Shown here piece by piece: positions 1 to 13,600 of a stretch of DNA of 64,000 nt. Made by a program: the position numbers and the translations under genes. How positions within the stretch are numbered: position 1 is the first letter of the stretch; each line of letters opens with the position of its first letter. Origin of the DNA: the human T2T-CHM13v2.0 reference genome, Homo sapiens. The notes under the pieces were generated by a model that did no database searches, was not told the origin of the DNA, and saw nothing but the letters and a program-made list of their open reading frames with translations. The DNA lies in the NCBI RefSeq assembly GCF_009914755.1, contig NC_060936.1; one strand, given 5' to 3'.

Positions 1-3000
1 GTTTCTCAAAAAATTTTCCCTCTAGTTTTCATCTGAAGATGATTTCTTTTTCACTGTAGGCCTCAACGTGCACCAAATATCCCTTCACAGATTATTAAAA
101 AAACAGTCTTTCCGAACTGCTGAATCAAAAGAAAGGTTTAACTCTGTGAGATGAATACACACACCACAAAGCAGTTTCTCAGAAAGCTTCTTTCTAGTTT
201 TTATCTGAAGATATATTCTTTTTCACTGTAATCCTCAATGCACTCCCAAATATCCCTTTGCAGATTCTACAAAATCCTTGCTTCCAAACTGCTGAATAAA
301 AAGAAAGATTTATCTCTGTGAGATGAATCTAGACATCACAAAGCAGTTTTGGAGAATGCTTCTTTTTATTTTTATCTGAAGATATGCTTTAATTCACCAT
401 AGGCCTCAATGCGCTCCCAAATATCCATCCGCAGTTTCTAGAAAAACAGTGTTTCCAAACTACCGAATAAAAAGAAATGTTTAACTCAATGAGGTGAATG
501 CATACATGAGAAAGTGTTTTCTCAGATAACATGCTTCTAGTTTTTATCCTGGGATACACATCACAAAGCAGTTTCTCAGAAGCTTTCTTTCTCGTTTTTA
601 TCTGAAGATATTTTCTGTTTCACCATAGGCCTCAAGGCATTCAGAAATATCCCTTCACAGATTCTACAAAAACAGTGTCCCCAAACTGGTGAATAAAAAG
701 AAAGGTTGAACTCTGTGAGATGAATGCGTACATCACAAAGCAGGTTCTCAGAGAGCTTCTTTTTCGTTTTTATCTGAAGATATTTTCACTTTCAATATAA
801 GCCTCAATGCACTCCCAAATATCCCTTTGCAGATTCTACAAAAACAGTTTTTCCAAACTGCTCAATAAAAAGAAAGGCTGAACTCTATGAGATGAATGCA
901 TACATCACAAAGCAGTTTCTCAGAAAGCTTCTTTCTCATTTTTATCTGAAGCTATTTTCTTTTTCAACGTAGGCCTCAATGTGCTCCAAAACATTCCTTG
1001 TCAGATTCTACAAAATCAGTGTTTCAAACTGCTGAATAAAATGAATGGTTTAACTTCGTGAGATGAATGCAGACATCACAAATCAGTTTCTCAGAAAGTT
1101 TCTTTCTAGTTTTTATATGAAGTTTTTTTTTCACTACAAGCCTCAATGCACTCCCAAATATCCCTATGCAGATTTTACAAAAACAGTGTTTCCAAACTCC
1201 TGAATCAAAAGATAGATTTAACCCTCTGAGAAAAATGCACAGATCACAAATTCATTTCTCAGAAACATTCTTTCTGGTATTTATCTGAAGATACTTTCTT
1301 TTTCACCATAAGTCTCAATTGGCTCAGAATGTCCTTTCACAGATTCTACAAAAACCGTGTTTTCAAACTGCTGAACCAAAAGAAAAGTTAAACTCTATGA
1401 GATGAAAACACACATTCCAAAGCACTTTCTCAGAAAGGTTCTTTCTCCGTCTTATATGAAGATATTTTCTTTTTCACCATTAGCTTCATTGAGCTCCTAA
1501 ATATCCCTTTGAAGATTCTACAAAAATAGAGTTTCAAAACTGCTGAAAAAAAGAAAGGTTTAACTCTGTGAGATGATAGCACAATTAAAAAGCAGTTTCT
1601 CAGAAAGCTTCTTTTTCATTTTTATCTGAAGATATTACCTTTTTCACCCTAGGCCTCAATGCGTTGCCAAATATCCCTTCACAGATTCCACAAAAACAAT
1701 GTTTCCAAACAGCTGCATCAAAAGAAAGGTTTAAGTCTGTGAGATGAATGCACATATTTCCAAGGAATTTTCTCAGAAAGCTTCTTTCTAGTTTTTATCT
1801 GAAGCTATTTTCTTTCTCACCATAAATCTCAAAGCTCTCCCAAATATCCTTTCACAGATTCTACCAAAAGAATGTTTCCAAATTGCTGAATCAAAAGAAA
1901 GGTTTAACTCAGTGAGATGAAGGCACACACCACAAAGCCCTTTCTCAGAAAGCTTCTTTCCAGTTTTTATCTGAAGATATTTTCTTTTTCACCATATTCT
2001 TCAAAGCTCTCCCAAATATCCCTCTGTATATTGTACAAAAACCATGTTTCCAAAGTGCTGAATAAAAAGAAAGGTTTAACTCTGTGAGATGAATGCACAC
2101 ATCAAAAGGCAGTTTCTCAGAATTATTCTTTCTCATATTTATCTGAAGATGATTTCTTTTTCACCATAAGCCTCACTGTGAACCAAAATGTCCCTTTGCA
2201 GATTCTACAACAGCAATGTTTCTAAACTGCTGAACCAAAAGTAAGGATTAACTCTGTGAGATGAATGCACACATTACAAAGCAGTTTCTCATAAAGCTTC
2301 TTTCTAGTTTTTATCTGAAGATATTTCGTTTTCACCTTAGGCCTTAATTCCCTTTAAAATACCCCTTCACAGATTCTACAAAAACAGTGTTTCCAAAACT
2401 GCTGAATAAAAGAAAGCTTTAACTCTGTGAGATGAATGGACATATTGCAAAGCAGTCTTTCAAAAGCTTCTTTCTAGTTTTTACCTAATGATAATTTCTT
2501 TTTCACCATAGGCCACAAAGCACTCCACAATATCCCTTCACAGATCCTACAAAAACAGTCTTTCCAAACTGCCAAATCAAAAGAACGATTTAACACTGTA
2601 AGATGAATGCACACATCACAAAGCATTTTCTCAGAAAGCTTCTTTCTAGTTTTTATCTGCAGATATTTTCTTTTTCAACATAAGTCTCAATGCTCTCCCA
2701 TATATCCTTTTGAAGTTTCTACAAAAATAGTCTTTCCAAACCACTGAATGAAAACAAACTTTTAAGTCTGTGAGATGAATGTACACATCACAAAGCAGTT
2801 TTTCAGAAAGTTTCTTTCCAGTTTTGATCTGAAGATATTTCCTTTTTCACAATAGGTTTCAAAGCGCTCCCAAATATCCCTTCTCCGATTCTACCAAAAC
2901 CGTGTTTCCAAACTGCAGAATCAAAAGAAAGGTTTAACTCTGTGAGGTGAATGCACACATCACAAAGCAGTTTCTGAGAAATCTTCTTTCTAATTTTTAT

Positions 3001-6000
3001 CTAAAGATATTTTCTTTTTCAAAATGGGCCTCAATGTGCTCCCAAATATCCCTCTGCTGTTTCTATGAAAACAGTGTTTCCAAACTGTTGAATCAAAAGA
3101 AATATTTAACTCTGTGAGATGAATGCAACACATCAGAAAGGAATTTCTCAGAAAGCTTCTTTCCAGCTTTTATCTGAAGATAATTTATTTTACACCATAG
3201 GCCTTAACGTGCACCCAAATATCCCTTCACAGATTATTAAAAAACAGTCTTTCCAAACTGCTGAATCAAAAGAAAGGTTTATCTCTGTGAGATGAATACA
3301 CACATCATAAAGCAGTTTTTCAGAATCTTCTTTCTAGTTTTTATCTGAAGATATATTCTTTTTCACCATAATCCTAGAGGCACGCCCAAATATCCCTTCA
3401 CAGATTCTACAAAAATTGTTTCCAAACTGCTGAGTAAAAAAAGGTTTAACTCTGTGAGATGAATGCACACATCACAAAGCAGTTTCTCAGAAATCTTCTT
3501 TCTAGTTTTTGTCTGAAGATATTTCCTGTTTCACCATAGACCTCAATGCACTCCAAAATATCCCTCGTATTTCTACAATCACTGTGTTTACAAACTGCTA
3601 AATGGAAAGAAACCTTTAACTCTGTGTGATGAATGCATATATCACAAAGCGGTTTCTTAGAAAACATCTTTCTCGTTTTTATCTGAAGATATTTTCTTTG
3701 TCAACACAGGCCTCAATGCACTCCAAAATATCCCTTCTCGGATTTTACAAAACCAGTGTTTCAAACTGCTGAATAAAAAGAAAGGTTTAACTCCGTGATA
3801 TGAAGTCAGATATCACAAAGCAGTTTCTCAGAAAGCTTCTTTCTAGTTTTAATATGATGATATTTTCTTTGTCTCTACAAGCCTCAATGTGCTCCCAAAT
3901 ATCCCTATGCAGATTCTACAAAAGCAGTGTTTCCAAGCTCCTGAATCAAAAGAAAAATTTAACCCTGTGAGACAAATGTGCAGCTCACAAAGTAGTTTCT
4001 CAGAAAGATTCTTTCTAGGATTTATCTGAATACATTTTCTTTTTCACCATAATTCTCAATGGGCTCAGAGTGTCCCCTCACAGATTCTACAAAAACCGTG
4101 TTTCAGAACTGCTGAACCAAAAGAAACGTTTAACTCTGGGAGATGAATGCACACTTCACAAATCAGTTTCTCAGATTCTTTCTCCTTTTTATATGAAGAT
4201 ATTTTCTTTTTCAACTTAGGCCTCAATTCTCTCCCAAATATCCCTTCACAGATTCTACAGAAACAGTATTTCCAATGTGCTGAAGCAAAAGAAAGGTTTA
4301 ACTTTGACAGATGAATGCATACATCACAAAGCTGTTTCTGGGAAAGCTTCTTTCTAGTTTTATTTGAAGACATTTTCTTTTTCACCATTGGCCTCAATGT
4401 GCTCCTAAATATCCCTTCGCAGATTCTACAAAAACAGAGTTTCTAAACTGTTGAAAAAAAGGAAATGTTTAACTCTGTGAGGTGAATGCACAACCAACAA
4501 GCAGTTTCTCAGAAAGCTTCTTCCTCGTTTTTATCTGAAGATATTTCCTTTTCCACCCTAGGTCTCAATGCCTTGCCAAATATCCCTTCGCAGCTTCCAC
4601 AAAAATGGTGTTTCCAAACTTCTGCATCAAAAGAAAGGTTTAAGTCTGTGAGAAGAATGCACATATTACAAAGGAGTTTCTAAGAAAGCTCCTTTCTAGT
4701 TTTTATCTGAAGCTATTTTCTTTCTCACCATAAGGCTCAAAAGTCTCCCAAATATCCTTTTGCAGATTCTATAAAAAGAGTGTTTCCAAATTGCTGAATC
4801 AAAAGAAAGGTTTAACTCACTGAGATGAAGGCCCACATCACAAAGCATTTTCTCAGAAAACTTCTTTAGAATTTTTATCTGAAGACATTTTTCTTTCTCA
4901 CCATAAGCTTCAATGCTCTCCCAGATATCCCTCTGCAGATTGTTCAAAAACCGTGTTTCCAAATTACTGAATCAAAAGAAAGGTTTAACTCTGTGAGATG
5001 AATGCAGACATCACAAAGCAGTTTCTTAGAAAGTTTCTTTCTAGTTTTATCTGAAGATATTTTCGTTTTCAATGTAGGCCTCAATTCACTTACAAATATC
5101 CCCCTGCAGTTTCTACAAAAACAGTGTTTCCAAACTGCTGAATAAAAGAATAGTTTAACTCTGTGAGATGATGGCACACATCACAAAGCAGTTTCTCAGA
5201 AAGCTTCTTTATAGTTTTTATCTGAAGATATTTTCTTTCTCAAAATAGGCTTCAATGCAATCCAAAATATCCCTCTGCAGTTTCTAAAAAACATTGTTTC
5301 AAAACTGCTGAATCAAAAGATAGTTTTAAATATGTGAGATGAATGCACACATGAGAAAGCAGTTTCTCAGAAGCTTCTTTCTCATTTTTATCTGAAGATA
5401 CTTTCTTTTTTCCATAGGCCTCAATGCACTAATATTCCTTTGCAGATTCTACATAAACAATGTTTCCAAACTGCTGAATAAAAACAAAGATTTAACTCTG
5501 AGGTGAATGTACACATCTCAAAGCAGTTTCTCAGAAAACTTCTTTCTTCTTTTTATCTGAAGATATCTTCTTTTTCACCATAGGCCTGAATGCGCTCTGA
5601 AATATCCCTTTGCACATTCTTCAAAAACTGTGTTTCCAATGTGCTGATTCAAATGAAAGGTTTAATTGAGTTGAATGCATATATCAGAAAGCAGTTTCTC
5701 AGAAAGCTTCTTTCTTGTTTTTATCTGAAGGTACTTTCTTTTTCACTGTAGGCCTGAATGCACTCCCAAATATCCCTTTGCAGATTCTACAAAAACACTG
5801 TTTCCAAAATGCTGAATCAAACGAAAGGTTTAACTCTGTGGTTGAATGGAGACAACACAAAGCAGTTTCTCATAAAGCTTCTTTCTAGATTTTCTGTGAA
5901 GATATTTTATTTTTCACTGTAGGGCTGAATGAGCTCCCAAATATTCCTTCACAGATTCTACAAAAGACTATTTCCAAACTGCTGAATCAAAAGAAAGGTT

Positions 6001-7650
6001 TGACTCTGTGAGGTGAATGGAGACAGCACAAAACAGTTTCTCATAAAACTTCTTTCTATGTTTTCTGTGAAGATACTTTCTTTTTCACTGTAGGCCTCAA
6101 TGCACTCCCAAATATCCCTTCACAAACTCTAAATTAGCAGTGTTTCCAAACTGCTGAATCAAAAGAAAGGTTTAACTCTGTGAGATGAATGAACACATCA
6201 CAAAGCAGTTTCTGAGAAAATTTCTTTCTAGTTTTTATCTGGAGATATTTTCTCTTTCACCATGTGCTTTAACGTACTCAGTAATATCCCTTCTCAGTTT
6301 CTATAAAACCAGTGTTTCCAAATTGTTGAATCAAAGGAATCAAAGGACGTTTTATCTCTGTGGGATGAATGCACACATCACAAAGCAGTTACTCAGAAAG
6401 CTTCTTTCTCATTTTTATCTGAAGACATTTTATTTTTCACCAGAAGCCTCAATGCACTCCCAAATATATCTATGCAGATTCTACAAAAACATTGTTTCCA
6501 ACTGCTGAATCAACAGAGAGGTTTAACCCTGTGAGATGAATGAACAGATCACAAAGCAGTTTCTCAGAAAGATTCTTTCCAGGATTTATCTGAAGATATT
6601 TTCTTTTTCACCATAAGCCTCAAAGTGCTCCCAAATATGACTTTGCAGATTCTACAAACACGGTGTTTCCAAACTGTTGAATCAAAAGAAAAGTTTAACT
6701 CTACGAGATGAATGCACACATCACAAAGCAGTTTCTCAGATAACTTCTTTCTAGTTTGTTTCTGAAGATGTTTTCTTTTTGACCATAGGCTCCAATGCCT
6801 TTGGAAATATACCTATGCAGATTCTACAAAAGCAGTGTATCCAAACTCCTGAATCAAAAGAAAGGTTTAACTCTGTGAGGTGAATGTGCACATCTCAAGG
6901 CAGTTTCTCAGAAAGCTTCTTCATAGTTTTTATCTGAAAGTATTTCCTTTTTCACCAAAGGCCTGAATGCATGCTGAAGTTTGCATTCACACATTGTAGA
7001 AAACAGTCTTTCTAAACTGCTGAATCAAAAGAATGGTTTAACTCTGTGAGATTAATGCACACATCACAAAGCTGTTTCTCAGAACGTTTCTTTCTCGTTT
7101 TTATCTGAAGATATTTTCTTTTTTCCCATAGGCCTCTATGCGCTCAGACATATCCCTTCACGGTTTCTTAAAAAAACAGTGTTTCCAAATAGCCAAATCA
7201 AAAGAAAGGTTTAACTCTGTGAGATGAATGCACACATCACAAAGCTGTTTCTCAGAAAGCCTCTTTCTAGTTTTTATATGAAGATATTTTCTTTTTCAAC
7301 ATATGCCTCACTGCACCCCAAAATATCCCTTCTCAGATTCTACAAAAACCATGTTTCCAAACTGTGGAATCAAAAATTAGGTTTAACCTTGTGACATGAA
7401 TGCCAAGATCACATAGCAGTTTCTAAGGACGATTCTTTCTAGTATTTATCTGAAGATATTTTCTTTTTCACCATAAGCCTCCATGCACTCCCAAATGTCC
7501 CCTCACAGATTCTACAAAAACCATGTTTCCATACTGCTGAATCAATAGAAAGGTTTAACTCTGTGAGATGAATGCACATATCACAAAGCAGTTTCTGAGA
7601 AAGCTTCTTTGTAGTTTTTATCTGAAGATATTTTCATTTTTACCATAAAC
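1..7650. repeat. Alpha satellite, divergent monomeric layer A (CTGCTGAAT / GATATTTTC variant)
   Basis: ~171-bp tandem units (TTAACTCTGTGAGATGAATGCACACATCACAAAGCAGTTTCTCAGAAAGCTTCTTTCTAGTTTTTATCTGAAGATAT...). Most monomers read AACTGCTGAAT and GATATTTTC. Right boundary approximate. Confidence 0.95.
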
Positions 7651-10600
7651 TTCAGTGTGTTCCCAGATATCCATCCACAGATTGTACAAAAACAGTCTTT
7701 ACAAACTGCTCAATCAAAAGAAAGGTTTACTTCCATGAGATGAATGCACAAATCACAAAGCAGTTTCTCAGAAACTTCTTTCTAGTTTTTATCTAAACAT
7801 ATTTCCTTTTTTACCATAGGCCTCAATGCACTCCTAAATATCCCTTTGTATATTCTACAAAAACAGTGTTTCCAATCTGCTCACTCAAAAGAAAGATTTA
7901 AGAATGTGAGATGAATGGACACATCACAAAACAGTGTCTCAGAAAGCTACTTTCTAGTTTTTATCTGAAGATATTTTCATTTCTCATCATAGGCCACAAT
8001 GCACTCCCAAGTATCCCTTCGCAGATTCTACAAAAACAGTGTTTCCAAGCTGTTCAATCCAAAGAAAAGTTTAAATCTGTGAGATGAATGCACACATCAC
8101 AAAGCAATAACTCAGAAAGCTTCTTTCTAGTTTTTTATCTGAAGATATTTCCTTTTTCACCATAGGCCTCAGGATGCTCCCAAATATCCTTTTGCAGATT
8201 CTATAAAAACAGTTTCTAAGCTGCACAATCAAAACAAGATATTCCCTTTATCCCCAAAGGCCTCAGTGAGCTCCTAAATATCCTTCTTCAGATTCTACAG
8301 AACAGTATTTCCATACTTCTCAATTGAAAGAAAAGTTTAACTCTGTTAGATAAATGCACACATCAGAAAGCAGTCTCTCAGAAATCTTATTTCAAGTGTT
8401 TATCTACAGATATTTCCTTTTTACCACAGACCTCAGTGCACTCCCAAATATCACTTTACAGATTCTAGAAAAACAGTGTTCCCAAACTGCTTAATCAAAA
8501 GAAAATTTTAACTCTGTGAGATGAATGCACACACCACAAAGCAGTGTTTCAGAAAGCTTCTTTCTAGTTTTTATCTGAAGATATTTCCTTTTTTGCCATA
8601 TTCCTCAATGTGCTCCCAAATATGCTTTTGGAGATTCTACAAAAACACTGTTTCCAAACTGCTCAATTGAAAGAAAGGTTTAACTCTGTTAGATGAATGC
8701 AGACATCACAGAGTGATTTCTCAGAAATCTTCTTTCTAGTTTTTATCAAAAGATATTTCCTTTTTCACCATAGACCTCAATGCACTCCCAAATATGGCTT
8801 TGTGGATTCTACAGAAACAATGTTTCTAAACTGCTCAATCAAAAGAAAAATTTAACTCTGTGAGATGAATGCACAGATCAGAAATTAGTGTCTCAGAAAG
8901 CTTCTTTCTAGCTTTTATCTGAAGATAGTTCCTTTTTCACTGTAGGCCCAAATAGCCCTTCGCAGATTCTACAAAAGCAGTGTTTCCAAACTTCTCAATA
9001 AAAAGAAAGGTTTAACTCTGTGACATGAATGCACACATCACAAAGCAGTATCTCAGAAAGCTTCTTTCTAGTGTTTATCTGAAGATAATTTCTTTTTCAT
9101 CATAGACCTCAATGTACTCCAAAATATCACTTTGCAGATCTACAAAAACAGTGTTTCCAAACTGCTCAATCAAATGAAAGTTTTAACTCTGTGAGATGAA
9201 AGCACATATCACAAAGCAGTGTGTCAGATATATTCTTTCTTGTTTTTATCTGAAGATATTCCCTTTTTCACCATGGGCCATGATGCACTCCCAATATCCT
9301 TTCATAGAATCAAGAAAAACAGGGTTTCCCAACTGCTAACTCAAGGGAAGGCTTTAAACCAGTGATATGAATGCACACATCATGAAGTAGTTTCTCAGAA
9401 AGCTTCTTTCTAGTTTTTATATGAAGATATTTCCTTTCTCACCATAGGCCTCAGGATGCTCTCAAACATACCTTCACAGATTCTTAAAAACATTGCTTCC
9501 AAACTGCTCAATTAAAAGAAAACTTTAACTCTGTGAGATGAATGCACACATCACAAAGTAGTTTCTCAGAAAGCATCTTGCTAGTTTTATCTGAAAATAT
9601 TTTGCTTTTTACCATAGGCCTCAATGTGTTCCCAAATATTCCTTCACAGATTCTAGAAAAACAATGTTTCTAAGCTGCTCAATGAAAATAAAACTTTACC
9701 TCTGTAAGATGAATGCACACATCACAAAGCAGAGTCTCAGATAACTTCTTTCTAGTTTTTATCTGAAGATATTCCCTTTTTCACCATAGGCCTCAATTAA
9801 CTCCCAAATATCCCTTCAGAGATTCTATAAAAAGAGTGTTTCCAAACTGCTCAATCAAAACAAAGGTTTATCACTCTGAGATGAATTCACATGTCACAAA
9901 GCAGTGTCTCAGAAAGCTTCTTTCTAAATTTTATCAGAAGATATTTCCTTTTTTACCATAGGCCTCAATGCATTAATTAACATCCTTTTGCAGATTATCC
10001 AAAAAGAGTTTTTCCAAACTGATCAATCAAAGAGAGCTTTAACTCCGTGAACTGAAAGCACATATCACAAAGCTGCTTCTTAGAAAGTTTCTTTCTATTT
10101 TTTATCTGAAGAAATTTCCTTTTTCACTATAGGCCTCAATGCCCTCGCAAATATCCCTTTGCAGTTTCTACAAAAACAGTGTTTCCAAGCTGCTCAATTG
10201 AAAGAAAGAGTAACTCTATGAGATTAATGCACACTTCACAAATCAGTTTCTCAGAAAGCTTCTTTCTAGTTATCTGAAGATATTTCCTTTTTCACCGTAG
10301 ACCTCAGTGCACTCTCAAATATTGCTTTGCAGATTCTACAAAAACAGTGTTTCCAGACGGCTCAATGAACAGAAATTTTTAACTCTGTGAGATGAATGCA
10401 CACATCACAAAGCAGTCTCTCAGAAAGCTTCTTTCTAGTTCTTATCTGAAGATATTACTTTTTCACCATAGACTTCAATGCACTCCCAAATGTCCCTTTG
10501 CAGATTCTACAAAAACAGATTTTGCAAACTGTTGAATCAATAGAAAGTTTAACTCTGTGAGATAAACCCACACATCACAAAGCAGCTTATCAAAAAGCTT

Positions 10601-13600
10601 TTTTCTAGCTTTTATCTAAAGATATTTCCTTTTTCACCATAGGCCTCAATGCCTTCACAAATAGCCACTTGAAAATTATACAAAAACAGTGTTTCCAAAC
10701 TGCCTAATCAAAAGAAAGTTTAACTCTGTAAGATGAATGCACACATCACAAAACAGTTTCTCAGAAAGCTTCTTTCTAGTTATCTGAAGATATTTCCGTT
10801 TTCACCATAGGCCTCAATGCTCTCCCATATATCCCATCGCAGATTCTACAAAGACAGTGTTTCCAAACTGCTCAATCAAAAGAAAAGATGAATGCACACA
10901 TCACAAAGCAGTGTCTCAGAAAGCTTCTTTCTAAATTTTATCAGAAGATGTTTCCTTTTTCACCATAGACCTCAATGCAATCACTTATATCCTTTCACAG
11001 ATTATACAAAAACAGTGTTTCCAAACTGCTCAATCAATGAAAGCTTTAACTCTGTGAGCTGAATGCACACATCCCAAAGCAGTTTCTCTGAAAGCTTCTT
11101 TGTAGTTTTTTTCTGAAGATATTTCCTTTTTCACCATAGGATTCAGAGCATTCCCAAATTTCCCTTTGCAGATTCTTCCATAAGAGTGTTTCCAAACTGC
11201 TCTATCAAAACGAAGTTTTACCTCTGTGAGATGAATGCACACACCACAAAGCAGATTCTCAAAAAGCTTCTTTGTAGTTTTTATCTGAAGATATTTCCTT
11301 TTTCACCAGAGGCCTCAATGTGCTCCCAAATATCCTTTCAAAGATTCTACAAAAACAGTGTTTCCTAACTGCTCAATCAAAAAAAAGCTTTAGCTCTTTG
11401 ACCTGAAAGCAAACATCACAAAGCAGTTTCTCAGAAAGATTCTTACTAGTTTTTATCTGAAGATATTTCCTTTTTCACCATAAGGCCTCAATGCACTCCA
11501 AAATATCCCTTCACACATTCTACATAAACAGTGTTTCAAAAATGCTCAATCAAAAGAAAGATTCAACTCTATGAGGTGAATGCACACATCAGAAAGCAAT
11601 TTCTCAGAATGCTTCTTTCTAGTTTTTATCTGAAGATATTTCCCTTTTCACCATAGGCCTTGAAGCTCTTCCAAATATCCTTTCACAAATTCTAGAAACA
11701 CAGGGTTTGCAAACTGCTGAATGAAAAGAAACCTTTAATTCTGTGAGATGAATTCAGACATCACAAAGCAGTTTCTTACAAACCTTCTTTCTGGTTTTTA
11801 AATGAAGATATTTCCTTTTTAACATAGGCCTCATTGCTCTCCCAAATATCCTTTCACAGATTCTACAAAAATCGGGTTTCCAAACTGCTCAACCAAAAGA
11901 AAGCTTTATCTCTGTGAGCTGAATGCTCACATTAAAAAACAGTTTCTCCAAAATTTTCTATGTAGTTTTTATCTGAAGATATTTTCTTTTTCAGCATGGG
12001 CCTAAATTCACTCCCAAATATCCCTTTGCAGATTCTACAAAAGCAGTGTTTCCAAACTGCTCAATGAAAACAAAGTCTTGCCTCTGTGAGATGAATTCAC
12101 CAATCACAAAGCAGTTTCTCAGAAAGCTTCTTTCTAGTTTTTATCTGAAGATATTTCTTTTTACACTATTGGTCCCAATGTGCTCCTAAGTATTCCTTTG
12201 CAGATTTTACAAAAACGGTGATTGCAAACTGCCCAATATAAAGAATGGTTTAACTCTGTGAGATGAATGCACACATCACAAAGCAGGTTCTCAGAGATGT
12301 ACTTTCTAGTTTTTTGTCTGAAGATAATTTGTTCTTACCATAGGCCTCAAAGTGCTCCCAAATATCCTGTCGCAGATTCTATACAAACAGTGTTTCCAAA
12401 CTGCTCAATCAAAAGATATGTTTAATTCTGTGAGATGAATGCATACATCCCAAAGCAGTTCCCCAGAAACCTTCTTCTATTTTTATGTGAATATATTTCC
12501 TTTTTCACCATAGACCTCAATCTGCTCTGAAATATCCCTTTGCAGGTTCTACAAAAAACAGTGTTTCTAAACAGCTCAATAAAAAGAATGGTTTTACTGC
12601 GTGAGATGAATGCACACATCACAAAGCAGATTCTGAGAAATCTTCTTTCTGGTTTTTAGCTGAAGATAGATCTTTTTTCACCACAGGCCTCAATGGATCC
12701 AAAATATCCCCCACAGATTCTACAAAAACAGTGTTTCCAGACTGCTCAATCAAAAGAAAAGTTTAACTCTGCAAGATGAATGCCCACATCACAAAGCTGT
12801 TTCTCTGAAAGCTTCTTTTAGTTTTTATCTGCAGATATTTCCTTTTACACCATAGGCCTCAATGCACTCCCAAATATCCTTTTGCAGTTTCTTCAAAAAC
12901 AGTGCTTCCAAGCTACTCAATCAAAAGAAAGTTTTACTCTGTGAGATGAATGCACACACCACAATGCAGTGCCTCAGACAGCTACTTTCTAGTTTTCATA
13001 TGTAAAAATATCTTTCTTCAACCTAGGCTTCAATATGCTTCAAAATATCCTCTCACAGATTTTACAAAAACAGTGTTTCCAAACTGCTTAATCAAATGAT
13101 ATGTTTAACTCAGTGAGATGAATGCACACATCACAAAGAAGTTTCTCAGAAAGCTTCTTTCTAGTTTTTATCTGAAGATATTTCCTTTTTCACCATAGGC
13201 CTCAAAGCAGTCCCAAATATCCCTTCACAGATTCTACAAAAACAGTGTTTCCAAACTGCTGAATCAAAAGAAAGGTTTATCTCTGTGACATGAATGCACA
13301 CTTCCCAAAGCAGTGTCTCAGAAAGCTTCTTTCTAGTTTTTATCTGAAGATATTTTCTTTTTAACCATAGAACTCAATGTGCTCTCAAATATCCCTTTGC
13401 AGAGTCTACAAAAATCGTGTTTCCAAACTGCTCAATCAAAAGAAACTTTTAACTCTTTGAGTTGAATGCACCCTTCACAAAGCAGTTCCTCAAAAAGCTT
13501 CTTTCTAGTTATTTGAAGATATTTCTTTTTTCACAATAGGTTGCAATGTGTGCCAAAATATCACTTCACAGATTCTACAAAAACGGTTTCTCCAAATTGT

